A stretch of DNA of 64,000 nt, taken from NCBI GenBank assembly GCA_035635435.1, contig DASQBB010000013.1:1286-65285 (forward strand), in the 5' to 3' direction. Positions within the stretch are counted from its first letter, which is position 1. Each line of letters opens with the position of its first letter. Source of the stretch: Chthoniobacterales bacterium. GTDB taxonomy: Bacteria; Verrucomicrobiota; Verrucomicrobiia; Chthoniobacterales; UBA10450. Below, piece by piece: positions 51,269 to 60,602 of the stretch. A program made the position numbers and the translations under genes. Under the pieces are notes generated by a model that saw only the letters and a program-made list of their open reading frames with translations, searched no databases and was not told the DNA's origin.

Positions 51269-51271
51269 CAA

Positions 51272-52027
51272 ATGAAAAACGGAAAGCTTCAGGGAAAAGT
51301 TGCAGTCGTAACTGGCGCCTCGAAAGGGATCGGCGCGGGAATCGCTAAAGAGTTGGCCGCCGAAGGCGCTGCCGTGGTGGTTAACTACGCATCGTCAAAA
51401 ACGGATGCGGACAAAGTCGTCGACGAAATCGCGAAACGCGGCGGCAAAGCCGTCGCCGTGCAGGGAAGCGTCGCGAGCAAGTCGGAAGTTCAGCAGCTTT
51501 TTGCCGCAGCAGAAAAAGCCTTCGGCAAGATCGACATCCTGGTCAACAACGCCGGGGTTTACGAATTCGTGCCGTTGGACAGTGTCACCGAGGAGCAGTT
51601 CCACAAACATTTTAATACGAACGTTCTGGGAATAATCCTCGTCACTCAAGAGGCGCTGAAACATTTCAATTCCGAGGGCGGAAGCATCGTCAACATCGGT
51701 TCGCTCGCCAGCTCTCTCACTCCACCGACTGCGGTGGTTTACAATGCGACCAAAGGCGCGGTCGATGCGATCACCCGGACGCTGGCGAAGGAACTCGGAC
51801 CGCGAAAGATCCGCGTAAATTCGATTAACCCCGGCGTGGTGAAGACCGAGGGGTCGATCGCTGGCGGTTTCATGGAGGGCGATTTCGTGAGGACGCTCGA
51901 AGCGCAAACGCCGCTCGGTCGCGTCGGTGAACCCGACGACATCGCGCCAGCCGCGGTGTTCTTCGCGTCGGACGATTCGAGATGGATCACTGGCGAGACG
52001 CTACTAATCGCGGGGGGACTTCGTTAG
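51272..52027 (+). CDS. SDR family oxidoreductase
   Basis: TGASKGIGAGIA and NNAG, plus the Y-x3-K catalytic motif (YNATKGAV). Confidence 0.9.
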   Translation: MKNGKLQGKVAVVTGASKGIGAGIAKELAAEGAAVVVNYASSKTDADKVVDEIAKRGGKAVAVQGSVASKSEVQQLFAAAEKAFGKIDILVNNAGVYEFVPLDSVTEEQFHKHFNTNVLGIILVTQEALKHFNSEGGSIVNIGSLASSLTPPTAVVYNATKGAVDAITRTLAKELGPRKIRVNSINPGVVKTEGSIAGGFMEGDFVRTLEAQTPLGRVGEPDDIAPAAVFFASDDSRWITGETLLIAGGLR

Positions 52028-52036
52028 AAACAATTT

Positions 52037-52070
52037 GCCGGTGGCTGTCGCAACATCGACAGTCGCCGGC
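52037..52070. promoter_or_regulatory. Imperfect 14-6-14 inverted repeat between the SDR gene and groES
   Basis: gccggtggctgtcg-caacat-cgacagtcgccggc (2 mismatches). There is no T-run, so it could be a weak terminator or an operator. Confidence 0.3.
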
Positions 52071-52110
52071 TCAACCAAAAAACAAAAACCAAGAAGGAGT
52101 TAATTAACTT

Positions 52111-52407
52111 ATGGCAGGAGTGAACGTAAAACCGCTCGGAGACCGGGTGCTGGTGCAGCCGATTGAAGAGCAGGAAACAAAAAAAGGCGGGATCATTATT
52201 CCCGACACTGCGAAAGAAAAACCGCAGGAAGGCAAAGTGGTCGCTCTCGGCACCGGCAAGGTGAACGAAGAGGGCAAGAAGGTGGATTTCACCGTGAAGA
52301 AAGGGGACAAGGTTCTCATTTCGAAATACGGCGGCACCGAAATCAAAATCGATGGCGAAACTTTCCTGATCATGCGCGAGGACGACATCCTCGGCATCAT
52401 CGGCTGA
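52111..52407 (+). CDS. groES: Co-chaperonin GroES
   Basis: [42 protein letters not shown]. Confidence 0.97.
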   Translation: MAGVNVKPLGDRVLVQPIEEQETKKGGIIIPDTAKEKPQEGKVVALGTGKVNEEGKKVDFTVKKGDKVLISKYGGTEIKIDGETFLIMREDDILGIIG

Positions 52408-52444
52408 TGCGCCAAATAACATTTAACCAATAACTAGGAACTAA

Positions 52445-54082
<1,638 letters not shown>

Positions 54083-54110
54083 TCCGAAACCGAAACAACA
54101 ATTAACAAAC

Positions 54111-54145
54111 AGCCGAGCTCGCAAGGGCTCGGCTGTTTTGCTTTT
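54111..54145 (+). terminator. Rho-independent terminator of groESL
   Basis: agccgagc-tcgcaagg-gctcggct followed by gttttgctttt. Confidence 0.7.
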
Positions 54146-54211
54146 GCATCCCGTTCCGGAGCCCGCACGTGAAGATTCCTACGGAGTGATAATCCAAATA
54201 GGAGGCCGAGG

Positions 54212-54997
54212 TTAAATTGCTTCGTGAATCCATAGGAGTGAAAGGCTGCGGTTAAGTGTCGGGAAGTAAATCGCGTCTTCGGTAATGCAGGATTTATCGT
54301 CGCCTCGGAAGCCTTCTAGCCAATGGCCCGCTTCGATATCTGAGCAGCGAGAACATCGCTTGGTTTCGTTCACCTCGGCCGCGCAACTGTGCCCGTGAAT
54401 ATAATCATCCTCAAGGAGGGAGAACGAAAAGCCAGCCGACGGAATGAACCACAAACGGCGCCTATTTTGGGCCGAAATCAGCACGCATTCCTCCGTTGTC
54501 GTTAGAACGAATTGCACCGCTGTTGCCGTAAGGGCCGTCTGAAAGTCTTCGGCCACGCGTTTGATCAGCTCGAAGGAAGGCTCCTGATTGGCGGTGCGCG
54601 CTTTGATAAATTCCCGCGGCATCAGCAGTTCGGCTGCAAAAAGATTGGCTTCGTACTCTTCGGTTTCCTGCCGTTCTGACCAGTTATTTGTCTGCTTGTC
54701 GTCCACCGTTTCAATCTGTCGTGTATCTGGATGCAAAAAGAAGTGGCCGAGTTCATGGCCGATAACGAACCGCTTTTGTCCCTCGTATCTAAGCGAGCGC
54801 CGAACTGTGATCACTGCTGAGACGCCCCTCCGAACAAGACAACCGTCCATTCCTTGTAGCGAAGCGTAGCGGACCTCAGCATTCTTAAACATAGCGATTC
54901 GTTCGATGTCGATCTCGCTCGGATCTTTGATCTGCAATTCGGCGAGCAGGCCGTCTGCTTTGGCGAGGACAATGGCTTTACGTTGGCTGGACGCCAT
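54212..54997 (-). CDS. ImmA/IrrE-family zinc metallopeptidase with a ~110-aa C-terminal extension
   Basis: FVIGHELGHFFLHP (HExxH) and EEYEANLFAAELLMP. The C-terminal part contains HGHSCAAEVNETKRCSRCSDIEAGHW. Confidence 0.75.
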   Translation of the reverse strand: MASSQRKAIVLAKADGLLAELQIKDPSEIDIERIAMFKNAEVRYASLQGMDGCLVRRGVSAVITVRRSLRYEGQKRFVIGHELGHFFLHPDTRQIETVDDKQTNNWSERQETEEYEANLFAAELLMPREFIKARTANQEPSFELIKRVAEDFQTALTATAVQFVLTTTEECVLISAQNRRRLWFIPSAGFSFSLLEDDYIHGHSCAAEVNETKRCSRCSDIEAGHWLEGFRGDDKSCITEDAIYFPTLNRSLSLLWIHEAI

Positions 54998-55426
54998 TTA
55001 AGTGCTGTCAGTGCCCTTTCCCTGAGTTCGTTTTTGTAAACGTTCATCGGCTTCGAGGATGGCTGCCATATCCTGCAAGGAAAGAGTCCCCTTGTTTTTG
55101 AACGCAAGAGCCCTCTCAGGACCGCCGGCCTTCAAGAACCTGGCGAACGCTATAAGTACGTGTTCTGGTTTTTGATCGGACCATTGCGCTCCGGGCGTCT
55201 CCGCTATACGAAGGGATTCTTTTTTTTCATCAGCAACTCGCATCCATGCGAGGCGCTCATGCTTGTCATGGGCCGCTATAATTGCATCCATCTTCTGCAG
55301 GAGCGCATCGATATCGATCCCGCGATCTTGTAGCTCGATTCTCAACTGATCGGACGAGAGGGCATCCGACTGTTGATCCAATCCGTTCAATAGATTCTCC
55401 ATTGGACCTGGCTCATCATTCGTCAT
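54998..55426 (-). CDS. Hypothetical acidic 142-aa protein
   Basis: I recognise no motif. Its stop abuts the ImmA start and its start lies 1 nt after the sigma-like stop. Confidence 0.5.
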   Translation of the reverse strand: MTNDEPGPMENLLNGLDQQSDALSSDQLRIELQDRGIDIDALLQKMDAIIAAHDKHERLAWMRVADEKKESLRIAETPGAQWSDQKPEHVLIAFARFLKAGGPERALAFKNKGTLSLQDMAAILEADERLQKRTQGKGTDST

Positions 55427-55427
55427 T

Positions 55428-56081
55428 TTAGTTTCCTTCCTGTAATCGCCGCTGCAATTCTTCGAAGTTAGTGACTCCGAAAAATTTTCGGGCGTATTTC
55501 GTCAATTTCCTCCGAAGTTCATCCACCTGAGCACCGGAGATTCCCATTAATTCACTTATCTCTGATCGTTTGAAGCCGACACTCAATGCTTCGATGTATT
55601 TTTGCATTTCGTCGTCGCCGTCAAACGAGGCTATCAGCGCCCCAATGCACCGCCGCTGATCTTCACGAAGCTCGTCACCGCGCAATTTCTCATCAGGCGT
55701 GAGGGCTATCGCTACGGCAGTCGAAATTGGATCGGACGGATTTCCCTCCTCATCAGTTTCCTTAGTATAATCGACGATGCCACTGCGGTCGGAGCGCTTC
55801 TTTTCTGCAGATATTAAGCTATCAGTGACGGAATTGAGGTTATCGAGAAGCGGTCTGCTCGGGTCAAAAGCGCGCCGACCGTTAATCAGTCGCAAGACTG
55901 CTTCCGAGACGAAATCCTTTGCCGTCTTATCGCCGACCATTACCTCACCCTGTGCGGAGTATCTCGGACGGTAGCCGCGCCAGATATATCTCCGGATCGT
56001 TGTGTCAGCGTGGATCGCGGCACGGGCGACCGTGTCGCGATAGCCCGGCTCGGCTAACGCAGCTTTTAGGGCAGGGTTCAT
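55428..56081 (-). CDS. Sigma70-family (ECF-like) factor candidate
   Basis: Region-2-like AKDFVSEAVLRLINGRRAFDP. Region-4-like HTH YIEALSVGFKRSEISELMGISGAQVDELRRKLTKYARK. I chose the ATG at 56081, because the longer tracked ORF (to 56234) would overlap the Ubl gene head-to-head. Confidence 0.5.
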   Translation of the reverse strand: MNPALKAALAEPGYRDTVARAAIHADTTIRRYIWRGYRPRYSAQGEVMVGDKTAKDFVSEAVLRLINGRRAFDPSRPLLDNLNSVTDSLISAEKKRSDRSGIVDYTKETDEEGNPSDPISTAVAIALTPDEKLRGDELREDQRRCIGALIASFDGDDEMQKYIEALSVGFKRSEISELMGISGAQVDELRRKLTKYARKFFGVTNFEELQRRLQEGN

Positions 56082-56210
56082 TTGGGGGGACCATTGGGTT
56101 CTCTCAGTAAACGCTCCGGATGAAAAGTTTTTTGGAAGATTTTTCCAGAAATCTCTGATTTCGGAGCGGAAGAAGGTGAGCGCGGACAACCCCGCCTCCT
56201 TTAACCTACT

Positions 56211-56489
56211 ATGAATACAACCCCGGAAACACAACAGCAGAAGACGCCGACTTCGCCAAACGCGAAGAAACCGGACATCGTGGAAATCTCAATCAACAGC
56301 AAGAAGTTCTCGACTGAACGTGGTAAGAACTCCGTGCAACATTTGCGGGAGCTTGGAAGCGTGCCGGCTAGCGAGATCTTGAGCGAGCTTAAGAACGGAA
56401 AATTCCATGACCTTCAGAACGACGGTCACGTCGAGATCAAGGGCGGCGAGGTGTTCGTTAGCCATCCTCCAAGCGGCGGTTCCTCCTAG
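56211..56489 (+). CDS. Ubiquitin-like (single beta-grasp, multiubiquitin-type) protein ending GG-SS
   Basis: IVEISINSKKFSTERGKNSVQHLRELGSVPASEILSELKNGKFHDLQNDGHVEIKGGEVFVSHPPSGGSS. It is the first gene of an operon with E2, JAB and E1. Confidence 0.6.
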   Translation: MNTTPETQQQKTPTSPNAKKPDIVEISINSKKFSTERGKNSVQHLRELGSVPASEILSELKNGKFHDLQNDGHVEIKGGEVFVSHPPSGGSS

Positions 56490-56842
56490 TGAGCTTCCCT
56501 CCAGACGAAATCGCAGAGATGAAAGCGGCCTTCGCTGGTTTATCGACAGCCAGCGAGGGCGGAACTGAGTTCATTCTAATATCTTCGCTCAAATTACCCG
56601 ACGGGTGCGATCCTGCCGTTGTAGATGCACTGCTGTGTCCATCGACGCGTGATGGATATCCGTCGCGGCTTTATTTATCCGCTCGAGTCAGTCATCAAGG
56701 CCCAGGCCAAAATTGGAGCGCCGATCAGGTTATTCTTGGCCGACGATGGTTTGCAGTGTCGTGGCGAACGCAAGAGTCTGCGGGTCGCCTCCTGGCGATT
56801 CTTGCGGGGCATCTTGAAGCGTTTACATGCAAACGAAGCTAA
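56489..56842 (+). CDS. Mini E2/UBC-like protein (prokaryotic E2 family E-like)
   Basis: LKLPDGCDPAVVDALLCPSTRDGYPSRLYL...RRWFAVSWRT. The GTG start shares one nucleotide with the Ubl stop. The family call is from memory and operon context. Confidence 0.5.
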   Translation: MSFPPDEIAEMKAAFAGLSTASEGGTEFILISSLKLPDGCDPAVVDALLCPSTRDGYPSRLYLSARVSHQGPGQNWSADQVILGRRWFAVSWRTQESAGRLLAILAGHLEAFTCKRS

Positions 56843-58182
56843 AGATTCCAAGGTTACTAGTCGAAGCAGCGCTTGCAGACCTATATCGGCCGCACCCAGT
56901 CGCAGCTGAACGCGTCGGGTTCTTCTCTACAAAAGTCACTCGCGCTAAGAGCATCGTAATCGTCCATTGCATCGCATATCATCCGGTGTCAGACGCGGAC
57001 TACATTCGCGATAATTCGGTTGGAGCTCGGATCGGGTCGGGAGCTATTACAGAGGCGATGGCGCGCTGCGCCGCCGATGTTGGGCAGCTTCATGTTCATG
57101 CGCACGGCGGCCGAGGTACGCCCGTACCGAGCATCACGGATAGCAGCGAAACACCTTCGGTAGCACGGAGCTTGTGGAATGTTAACCGAAAGCATGCGTG
57201 CGGCTGGGGAATTCTCAGCGACGACGGCGGCTGGGCGTCCGTCCTTATTTCACCTGAGCGAGACGATGCTGTGGAAGGCCAGGTTGCGCTGATTGGGTAC
57301 CCGATCACAGTCGCCCGGGCGCGACGCATAGCGGTTCAAGCGCCGCTGTGGTGGCGAAAACTATTTCGCCGAAAGTGCGCAATAGGGAATAGGTACGATC
57401 GACAGAGCTTTCTTGGCCCAGATTCAGACAAAATCTTTGCGAACTTGCGCGTCGGGATCGTTGGTCTCGGCGGCGGCGGATCTCACATCGCGCAACAATT
57501 GGCGCATCTCGGTGTGTGCCACTTCGTGCTTTGCGATCCTGACACGATTTCGGAATCAAATCTCAACCGCACGGTGGCAGCGACAGAGTCCGACGTCGAC
57601 CACCACACCTGCAAAACGACAATCGCGAAGCGACAAATTCGCGGATTACATCCGGATGCCGATATTGTTGTTATTGGAAAATGGCAAAGCCGCAGTGAGC
57701 CCCTGCTTCATTGTGACGTTGTCCTAGGATGCGTTGATACTTTCGCTGGCAGACGGGATTTGGAATCCTTTTGCCGCCGCCATCTAATTCCCTATGTCGA
57801 TGTTGGCATGGACGTGCTTAAAGAATCAGGTCGCGGCCATGAAATCATCGGCCAAGTAATTCTCTCAATGCCCGGCCGACCGTGCATGCATTGCATGGGT
57901 TTTCTAACGGAAGAGCTGCTCGCCGAGGAGGCTCGCAGATACGGTGCTGCGGGAGGACGACCACAGGTTGTCTTTGCTAACGGAGTAATCTGCTCAGCGG
58001 GGGTGGGCGTCGTTGTCGATCTTGTAACAAGTTGGTCGGGTAATCGGCGTCAGTCGGTGTATCTAAACTTCCGCGGCAGTGACCTGTCATTGCGTGATGA
58101 TCCGCGACTCCGGCATTTGGCCGACACATGCGAGCATTATCCATTGATCCAAGCGGGCGATCCTACCTGGACCCCGTTGTAA
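56827..58182 (+). CDS. JAB/MPN+ metalloprotease fused to a ThiF/E1-like adenylyltransferase
   Basis: JAB: Glu28 (AAERVGFF) and HVH-x10-SITD. E1: RVGIVGLGGGGSHIAQQL, LCDPDTISESNLNRT and PCMHCMG. Confidence 0.8.
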   Translation: MQTKLKIPRLLVEAALADLYRPHPVAAERVGFFSTKVTRAKSIVIVHCIAYHPVSDADYIRDNSVGARIGSGAITEAMARCAADVGQLHVHAHGGRGTPVPSITDSSETPSVARSLWNVNRKHACGWGILSDDGGWASVLISPERDDAVEGQVALIGYPITVARARRIAVQAPLWWRKLFRRKCAIGNRYDRQSFLGPDSDKIFANLRVGIVGLGGGGSHIAQQLAHLGVCHFVLCDPDTISESNLNRTVAATESDVDHHTCKTTIAKRQIRGLHPDADIVVIGKWQSRSEPLLHCDVVLGCVDTFAGRRDLESFCRRHLIPYVDVGMDVLKESGRGHEIIGQVILSMPGRPCMHCMGFLTEELLAEEARRYGAAGGRPQVVFANGVICSAGVGVVVDLVTSWSGNRRQSVYLNFRGSDLSLRDDPRLRHLADTCEHYPLIQAGDPTWTPL

Positions 58183-58183
58183 G

Positions 58184-58645
58184 ATGATGAACGGGCAGGA
58201 TCCAAAATTGCGCGAAATATGGTTTCAGAAAGACATTCCAGTTGTTTATCGTCCTGGCGGATCAGATCAGTTACTCGTGCGTTTGCCGTATGCTTCGGAC
58301 AATCGCGTTTGGCTTAAAGGGCACCACCGGATTAAGCCAAAATGGAATCCGGAACACAAACGATGGGAGATCGCGAAGGCTTGGTTCGAGGATGTGGTGA
58401 AACGTGCGATGGCGAAGTACGGATCCGTTTACGTTATTGAACCTTTTCGCGTGCAAAAGAAATGCGCACCGGCCTGTTGGAACGCGAAGGGACTCGAGTG
58501 CGACTGCTCATGTATGGGCGAGTATCACGGAACGGGCGACCCAGGCGGTCGATGGTACGTTATTGCCGATTCACTCGCCGTGAATTGGGGGCCACGTCGG
58601 TACTCTTATAAACTGCTGAAACCTACGGCACCGGCTTCACTCTGA
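58184..58645 (+). CDS. Hypothetical Cys/His-cluster protein, fourth gene of the Ubl operon
   Basis: LLVRLPYASDNRVWLKG...KWNPEHKRWEI, then CAPACWNAKGLECDCSCMGEYHG. The start lies 1 nt after the E1 stop. Confidence 0.5.
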   Translation: MMNGQDPKLREIWFQKDIPVVYRPGGSDQLLVRLPYASDNRVWLKGHHRIKPKWNPEHKRWEIAKAWFEDVVKRAMAKYGSVYVIEPFRVQKKCAPACWNAKGLECDCSCMGEYHGTGDPGGRWYVIADSLAVNWGPRRYSYKLLKPTAPASL

Positions 58646-58739
58646 TTGCTGTGTCTTCGTGATCTTTCGTGTGCTTCGTGGTGAAGCCGTGGGTCGCGTT
58701 TGCTGACGGGGCGTTTTTCTGCAACCTTTCCCGCCACCT

Positions 58740-60101
58740 GTGGAAAATTACGTTTCGAATTTGATGGCCGAGGTGAAGGCCAAGAACCCGGGCGAAACCG
58801 AGTTTCACCAGGCGGTGCAGGAGGTGGTCGAGTCGCTTACGCTGGTTTTGGATCGAGACTCGCGCTATCGCAAAGCGAAAGTCCTCGAGCGCATTATTGA
58901 GCCGGAACGTGTGATCATGTTCCGCGTGCCGTGGCAAGACGACAAAGGCGAGATCCACGTCAATCGTGGTTTCCGGGTGCAAATGAACAGCGCGATCGGA
59001 CCTTACAAAGGCGGGCTGCGATTTCATTCCACCGTCAATCTCGGCATCCTGAAATTTCTGGCTTTCGAACAAGTTTTTAAAAATGCGCTGACCACACTTC
59101 CAATGGGCGGCGGCAAGGGCGGCTCCGATTTCGATCCGCATGGAAAAAGCGATGCCGAGGTGACGCGTTTTTGTCAGGCGTTCATGTGCGAACTTTTCCG
59201 CCACATCGGCCCCGACACGGACGTTCCGGCGGGCGACATCGGCGTCGGCGCCCGCGAGATCGGGTTTTTGTTCGGAATGTATAAGCGGCTCAAAAACGAA
59301 TTCACCGGCGTGATGACGGGCAAAGGATTGACCTGGGGCGGATCAGTCATTCGTCCGGAGGCGACCGGTTACGGTGCGGTTTATTTCGCGGAAGAGATGC
59401 TCAAAACGCGCAAGGAAGATCTCAAGGGCAAGACCGCGCTCGTTTCGGGAAGCGGGAACGTCGCGCAATACACGGTCGAGAAATTGATCACGTTAGGCGC
59501 GAAGCCGGTCACGATGTCGGATTCCACCGGCTACATTTTTGATGAGGAAGGAGTCACGCGCGAGAAATTGGCGTTCGTGATGGACCTGAAAAATGTCCGG
59601 CGCGGGCGCATCTCCGAATACGCCGACAAATTCAAAGGCGCAGTGTTCACGCCGACGAACCCGAAGCTCGATCACAATCCGCTGTGGAATCACAAGGCGG
59701 AGTGCGCGTTCCCGAGCGCGACCCAGAACGAGATCAACGGCAAGGACGCAGCCAATCTGTTGAAGAACGGCGTTTACGTTGTTTCCGAAGGCGCGAACAT
59801 GCCGACGACAATCGACGGCATCAATCAGTTCTTGGACGCGAAGATTTTGTTCGGACCCGGTAAAGCGGCGAATGCCGGCGGCGTCGCGACTTCCGGATTG
59901 GAGATGGCGCAGAACAGTATGCGGATCAGGTGGACGCGTGAAGAAGTTGACGCGCGCCTGTTCAACATCATGAAAACGATCCACGAAGTTTGCGCGCGCA
60001 CCGCCGAGAAGTACGGGACGCCGGGAAATTACGTGAACGGCGCGAACATCGCCGGCTTTGTTAAAGTGGCCGACGCGATGCTGGACCAGGGACTCGTCTA
60101 A
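58740..60101 (+). CDS. gdhA: Glutamate dehydrogenase
   Basis: NPGETEFHQAVQEV and LPMGGGKGGSDFDPHGKS, plus GSGNVAQY. Confidence 0.95.
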   Translation: MENYVSNLMAEVKAKNPGETEFHQAVQEVVESLTLVLDRDSRYRKAKVLERIIEPERVIMFRVPWQDDKGEIHVNRGFRVQMNSAIGPYKGGLRFHSTVNLGILKFLAFEQVFKNALTTLPMGGGKGGSDFDPHGKSDAEVTRFCQAFMCELFRHIGPDTDVPAGDIGVGAREIGFLFGMYKRLKNEFTGVMTGKGLTWGGSVIRPEATGYGAVYFAEEMLKTRKEDLKGKTALVSGSGNVAQYTVEKLITLGAKPVTMSDSTGYIFDEEGVTREKLAFVMDLKNVRRGRISEYADKFKGAVFTPTNPKLDHNPLWNHKAECAFPSATQNEINGKDAANLLKNGVYVVSEGANMPTTIDGINQFLDAKILFGPGKAANAGGVATSGLEMAQNSMRIRWTREEVDARLFNIMKTIHEVCARTAEKYGTPGNYVNGANIAGFVKVADAMLDQGLV

Positions 60102-60103
60102 AA

Positions 60104-60138
60104 AGTGACGAGTGACGAGTGACGAGTGACGGGTGACG
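60104..60138. repeat. Heptamer tandem repeat (AGTGACG)x5
   Basis: agtgacg agtgacg agtgacg agtgacg ggtgacg. It starts 3 nt after the gdhA stop. Confidence 0.85.
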
Positions 60139-60143
60139 AGAGG

Positions 60144-60575
60144 ATGAGCGCGAAGTATCCGAAGAGTCCGAACGAGAAAACTGCGAACGGCATGGTTTAT
60201 TTCTCGCGGATGCTGGACAAGATCCGGCTCCACGCGCGCGGCGAGCTCCACCAGGATTATCATAAGAATCTTGGCGCGATGAGAGCGGCCGACGGCGCGT
60301 GCTGCAATTTTTTGCGGGTGGATTATGCCGATCTTCGCGAGCGAGTGGCGCAAGGCGGAAGCGACGAAGAAATTCTGGAATGGTGTTTCGAAAAAGGCCG
60401 CCGGCTTAACGAAGGCGACATCGTGGTCTGGAACGGGTTCGCCTCCAAACTGGGCTGGCGCGACTTCATGTCGCCGCGGTTTCAGAAATTAAAAGAAGAG
60501 CAAGGTTGCGCCGATCGCGACGATATCGTGTGCGTTCCCGACCTGATGGATTTCGAAGAAGGGCGACTCAAGTAG
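60144..60575 (+). CDS. DUF5069-like protein
   Basis: YPKSPNEKTANGMVYFSRMLDKIRLHARGEL matches my memory of DUF5069. I chose the ATG at 60144. Confidence 0.5.
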   Translation: MSAKYPKSPNEKTANGMVYFSRMLDKIRLHARGELHQDYHKNLGAMRAADGACCNFLRVDYADLRERVAQGGSDEEILEWCFEKGRRLNEGDIVVWNGFASKLGWRDFMSPRFQKLKEEQGCADRDDIVCVPDLMDFEEGRLK

Positions 60576-60602
60576 CAAAGGGCTAGGAGCTAAGAGCAAA
60601 GT

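Noticed and set aside
54146-58739. Calling the Ubl/sigma/ImmA block a mobile element or prophage remnant.
   Set aside because: I could find no integrase, transposase, tRNA attachment site, terminal inverted repeats or flanking direct repeats. I report it only as a compositionally distinct insert.
59493-60353. A 286-aa minus-strand ORF, and the 193-aa ORF at 58623-59204.
   Set aside because: Both are antisense to gdhA and the DUF5069-like gene. They have low-complexity Arg-rich translations with no motifs.
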